IMG/VR virus record: IMGVR_UViG_3300050343_000285
Location: 64,001-128,000 of that record
DNA from: a virus
Length of the DNA stretch: 64,000 nt
Reading direction: 5' to 3' (one strand)
Shown: positions 60,893-64,000 of the stretch, one piece after another
Layout of the letters: the number at the start of each line of letters is the position of its first letter
How positions within the stretch are numbered: position 1 is the stretch's first letter
Notes under the pieces: model-generated
The model's input: the letters and a program-made list of their open reading frames with translations, nothing else
Database searches by the model: none
Told to the model about the DNA's origin: nothing
Translations under genes and position numbers: made by a program

Positions 60893-61601
60893 ATTTTGTA
60901 GTAATTTCTATTGAATGATTTGCTATATCTAAATTTAATGGATGTTGTAATATTTGTGTGTCTGTAAATTGTGGGCGGTGTTCTGAACAATCAATCCTAT
61001 TGAATTCATCGTGAGTTAATTTTTCATGATATGATGTAGACATAAAATCTAAATCAAATACATCATTATGCTCTATGTTTTTTTCAGTTATAGAAACCAT
61101 TAAGATTGTTTTATTACGCAAAAAATAAAGATAAGCATAAGCTGTATATTCGTCTGTAGTATTGCTAGAGCACCAAATTTGTGAAAACCCAGTCCATTTA
61201 TTAAATAAAAATTCTTTATCTTTAATTAAACATTTAATATTAGGTAATTTTGTTATATTAGTAAATTCTTGACATAAACTATTAACAGTAGTTATATCAG
61301 GATAATTATCTTGCAATTCTATGTCTTTTGATGGTGGTATTAATATATTTTTTATAAAGCTATCTTGTATTAAATAATCATGATCAATAGACCAATTAGT
61401 ATTGAAGCTTAATGGAGTGTGCTGGCTGTCTGTATATATTTTGAGAATATCTGAATTTTTATCCTGTGTAGTTAAAAAAACTATTTTATTATAGCGATTA
61501 TTACTAAGTTGATAGGAAAAATTTTTCTTACAGATATTTGATCTATTATCATGTTTGTATAAATATAAATTATTATTAGTATAGTTAATAGAAAAGTACA
61601 T
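60885..61601 (-). CDS. Hypothetical protein
   Basis: 238-aa ORF with overlaps. Confidence 0.6.
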   Translation of the reverse strand: MYFSINYTNNNLYLYKHDNRSNICKKNFSYQLSNNRYNKIVFLTTQDKNSDILKIYTDSQHTPLSFNTNWSIDHDYLIQDSFIKNILIPPSKDIELQDNYPDITTVNSLCQEFTNITKLPNIKCLIKDKEFLFNKWTGFSQIWCSSNTTDEYTAYAYLYFLRNKTILMVSITEKNIEHNDVFDLDFMSTSYHEKLTHDEFNRIDCSEHRPQFTDTQILQHPLNLDIANHSIEITTKYE

Positions 61602-61816
61602 TAAATTAATTTATCAATATATTTCAAGGAGCTGAAGTCTGTTATGTTTTTATATATAATTGGATTTCTAGAAGGATCGTATTGTATTATCTTATGATCT
61701 ATATTTATAATAATATTATTTTGATTGATGTCTATCGGATGCTGTACTTTATTATCATCTGAGTTAATATAAAAATTAATTTTATACATAATATCTAGAT
61801 TATCATTCGCATTCAT
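61601..61816 (-). CDS. Hypothetical protein
   Basis: 71-aa ORF with overlaps on both sides. Confidence 0.5.
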   Translation of the reverse strand: MNANDNLDIMYKINFYINSDDNKVQHPIDINQNNIIINIDHKIIQYDPSRNPIIYKNITDFSSLKYIDKLI

Positions 61817-64000
61817 TCTCTGTTTGTAACCATTCTAGGGCTTCGTATTCTGTATCAGCTATTTCTATAGTTAAACCAAATGGGTGTGGAGAACATTCTT
61901 CATCAGTAGGTGTTTCTAGTATATATTTAGGACTGCTAATATTAATATAGCAATATTTATCATATAGGCACCATTTATTTTCATTGTATATAGATTTTTC
62001 TTGTAAGCACGGTTCTATACTGCAGGTGTTATTGCAGCAATATCCGGGTCTTTTGATAACTTTGATGGTATATTGATGATAACAATCATTGTCTTTAGAG
62101 TACGGTACATTTTGATTTATATTAAATTGAGCTTCTTCTTCATCTGTATATGGACCATCTTCATAAATTTTATTATGGCACCCATCTGTATAGTTTATGT
62201 AATATATTTGACAATGTGAATTGTTATAGCAATATTGGTTTGAAAATTCTGTCTTTTGATTTTCAAAATTTTGTACAGCTCCGGTGGTAGCAGCGTCTGT
62301 GGTCACAGGAGTATCATCTGTGCCCGGAGTGTCAGTACTGCTTACTATTTTACATACGCCCTCTACACAGCCATATCCAGCTGGACAGCAGATGCCCTCA
62401 CAACAAACATGCCCTGCTTTGCAACAATTGCCTCCACAGCAATAGTAAGTCATATCTGGGCAGCAAACTCCATTGCAACAGTTTTTCTGATTATCGCAGC
62501 AAACACCCCCACAACAACGCTGCAAAGCATTACAGCATACATCATTACAGCAATCTTGTGGGTATGGACAACAAACATCATTAGGCTTAACGCCACAACA
62601 TCTACTATTAGTAGTGCCAGCACAACAAGATCCTGTTCCGTTTTGACAATCTCCACAATAATCATCAAATATATCTGAACAACAAACTGGAGCTCCCACA
62701 GGATTATAGCATACAAAATGGAATCCAATAGGGCATGGGTCTTGAGTTGGAGGAGGCGGTGGAGTCGGTGGAGGCGGTGGAGGTGGAGGCGGCGGAGGTG
62801 GAGGTGGTGGAGGTGGTGGAGGTGGTGGAGGTGGTGGAGGTGTTGGAGGTGGTGGTGGAGGTGGTGGAGGTGTTGGAGGCGCTGGAGGCGTTGGGGGTGC
62901 TGGAGGCGTTGGGGGTGCTGGTGGAGTTGGAGGTGCTGGTGGAGTTGGAGGTGCTGGTGGAGTTGGAGGTGCTGGTGGAGTTGGAGGTGCTGGTGGAGTT
63001 GGAGGTGCTGGAGGCGTTGGGGGTGCTGGAGGCGTTGGAGGTGCTGGTGGAGTTGGAGGTGCTGGTGGAGTTGGAGGTGCTGGTGGAGTTGGAGGTGCTG
63101 GTGGAGTTGGAGGTGGTGGCGGAGTTGGAGGTGGTGGAGGTGGTGGAGGTGGTGGAGGTGGTGGAGGTGCTGGTGGAGTTGGAGGTGCTGGTGGCGTTGG
63201 AGGTGCTGGTGGAGTTGGAGGTGGTGGCGGAGTTGGAGGTGGTGGAGGTGGTGGAGGTGGTGGAGGTGGTGGGGGTGGAGGTGGTGGCGGAGTTGGAGGT
63301 GGTGGCGGAGTTGGAGGAGGCGGTGGAGTCGGTGGAGGTGGTGGAGGTGGAGGCGGCGGAGGTGGTGGGGGTGGCGGCGGAGGTGCTGGTGGAGTTGGAG
63401 GTGCTGGTGGCGTTGGAGGTGCTGGTGGCGTTGGAGGTGCTGGTGGAGTTGGAGGTGCTGGTGGCGTTGGAGGTGCTGGTGGAGTTGGAGGTGCTGGTGG
63501 AGTTGGAGGTGCTGGTGGCGTTGGAGGTGCTGGTGGAGTTGGAGGTGCTGGAGGTGTTGGTGGTGGTGGAGGTGGTGGAGGTGGTGGAGGTGCTGGTGGT
63601 GTTGGAGGTGCTGGAGGTGTTGGTGGTGCTGGAGGTGTTGGTGGTGCTGGAGGAGTTGGTGGTGCTGGTGGAGTTGGAGGTGGTGGAGGTGGTGGAGGTG
63701 CTGGTGGCGTTGGAGGTGCTGGTGGCGTTGGAGGTGCTGGTGGCGTTGGAGGTGCTGGAGGTGTTGGTGGTGCTGGAGGAGTTGGTGGTGGTGGAGGTGG
63801 TGGAGGTGCTGGTGGCGTTGGAGGTGCTGGTGGCGTTGGAGTTGCTGGTGGCGTTGGAGGTGTTGGAGGTGTTGGTGGTGCTGGAGGTGTTGGTGGTGCT
63901 GGAGGTGTTGGTGGTGCTGGTGGAGTTGGAGGTGCTGGTGGCGTTGGAGGTGCTGGAGGAGTTGGAGTTGCTGGTGGAGTTGGAGGTGCTGGTGGTGTTG
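61803..64000 (-). CDS. Partial large Pro-rich protein with CC-repeat Cys-rich C-terminal region (start lies beyond the window)
   Basis: Frame of the track ORF 61803-62699 stays open upstream (..PPPTQDPCPIGFHFVCYNPVGAPVCC..) into about 1.25 kb of PAPPTP/poly-Pro codons. Confidence 0.8.
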   Translation of the reverse strand, partial: TPPAPPTPPATPTPPAPPTPPAPPTPPAPPTPPAPPTPPAPPTPPTPPTPPATPTPPAPPTPPAPPPPPPPPTPPAPPTPPAPPTPPAPPTPPAPPTPPAPPPPPPPPTPPAPPTPPAPPTPPAPPTPPAPPTPPAPPPPPPPPPPPTPPAPPTPPAPPTPPAPPTPPAPPTPPAPPTPPAPPTPPAPPTPPAPPTPPAPPTPPAPPPPPPPPPPPPPPPPPPTPPPPPTPPPPPTPPPPPPPPPPPPPPPPPPPTPPPPPTPPAPPTPPAPPTPPAPPPPPPPPPPPPPPTPPPPPTPPAPPTPPAPPTPPAPPTPPAPPTPPAPPTPPAPPTPPAPPTPPAPPTPPAPPTPPAPPTPPAPPTPPAPPTPPAPPTPPPPPPPPPTPPPPPPPPPPPPPPPPPPPPPPPPPTPPPPPTQDPCPIGFHFVCYNPVGAPVCCSDIFDDYCGDCQNGTGSCCAGTTNSRCCGVKPNDVCCPYPQDCCNDVCCNALQRCCGGVCCDNQKNCCNGVCCPDMTYYCCGGNCCKAGHVCCEGICCPAGYGCVEGVCKIVSSTDTPGTDDTPVTTDAATTGAVQNFENQKTEFSNQYCYNNSHCQIYYINYTDGCHNKIYEDGPYTDEEEAQFNINQNVPYSKDNDCYHQYTIKVIKRPGYCCNNTCSIEPCLQEKSIYNENKWCLYDKYCYINISSPKYILETPTDEECSPHPFGLTIEIADTEYEALEWLQTENECE
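62748..64000 (-). repeat. Long tandem array of 18-nt (GGTGGAGTTGGAGGTGCT-like) and (GGT/GGA)n repeats
   Basis: Visible periodicity through the window end; encodes PAPPTP and poly-Pro on the minus strand. Confidence 0.95.

Noticed and set aside
771-62728. Short antisense or overlapping ORFs in the track (e.g. 1261-1506, 7350-7676, 31895-32227, 36996-37220, 62256-62678)
   Set aside because: They lie fully within well-supported minus-strand genes, without SD sites or recognisable motifs
1-64000. Stop-codon reassignment (alternative genetic code)
   Set aside because: TAA, TAG and TGA all end genes at coupled junctions, and long genes (up to 7.8 kb) are open in the standard code; the breaks are frameshifts, not in-frame stops
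1-64000. tRNA, rRNA or other structured RNA genes
   Set aside because: Intergenic gaps are short and AT-rich; no cloverleaf or rRNA-like segment was seen by eye (tRNAscan/Infernal not run)
1-64000. Eukaryotic giant virus (NCLDV) or bacterial chromosome origin
   Set aside because: C-family polymerase, DnaB/DnaG, SD sites and sigma70 promoters argue against NCLDV; PhoH, HNH, FmdB, dNMP kinase, many orphan genes and no housekeeping operons argue against a cellular chromosome

Overview
A 64-kb, very AT-rich, gene-dense segment that is almost certainly from a large (probably jumbo-class) tailed dsDNA phage. The host cannot be determined from the sequence. Apart from a partial ORF and a sulfotransferase at the left end, all ~75 genes are on the minus strand, often coupled by ATGA/TAATG overlaps, and use the standard code. 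Left to right the blocks are: (1) replication/recombination: putative single-strand annealing protein, Vsr-like nucleases, SSB, a DNA polymerase III alpha split into two intein-free genes with a DEDDh exonuclease between them, Cas4-like nuclease, dNMP kinase, primase, DnaB, RecA; (2) nucleotide metabolism and accessory genes: FmdB, HNH, PhoH, class II RNR, dCMP deaminase, GMP reductase, deoxyribosyltransferase-like protein, macrodomain, ClpP, a sigma factor, PAP2 phosphatase; (3) about 18 glycan-related genes (Gmd, Fcl, Glf, two RgpF-like, GT4/GT25/GT2-like, GT60-like, CAP59/GT69-like, sulfotransferase); (4) a membrane-protein and papain-protease module including a holin-like/ComEA fusion; (5) very large Pro/Thr-repeat, LamG- and Cys-rich proteins, probably on the virion surface. 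The best new-system candidates are the two-chain DnaE, a possible mucin-like O-glycosylation system (GT60 plus Pro/Thr-repeat substrates), a protease-based envelope/lysis module and a recurring intergenic TGGTGTA motif that may be read by the phage sigma factor. Many genes in 10.6-12, 21-23.4, 36-43 and 44.9-45.1 kb carry single-base indels that look like long-read consensus errors, so their coordinates are reconstructed by hand. All family calls come from motif recognition; no database search was run.
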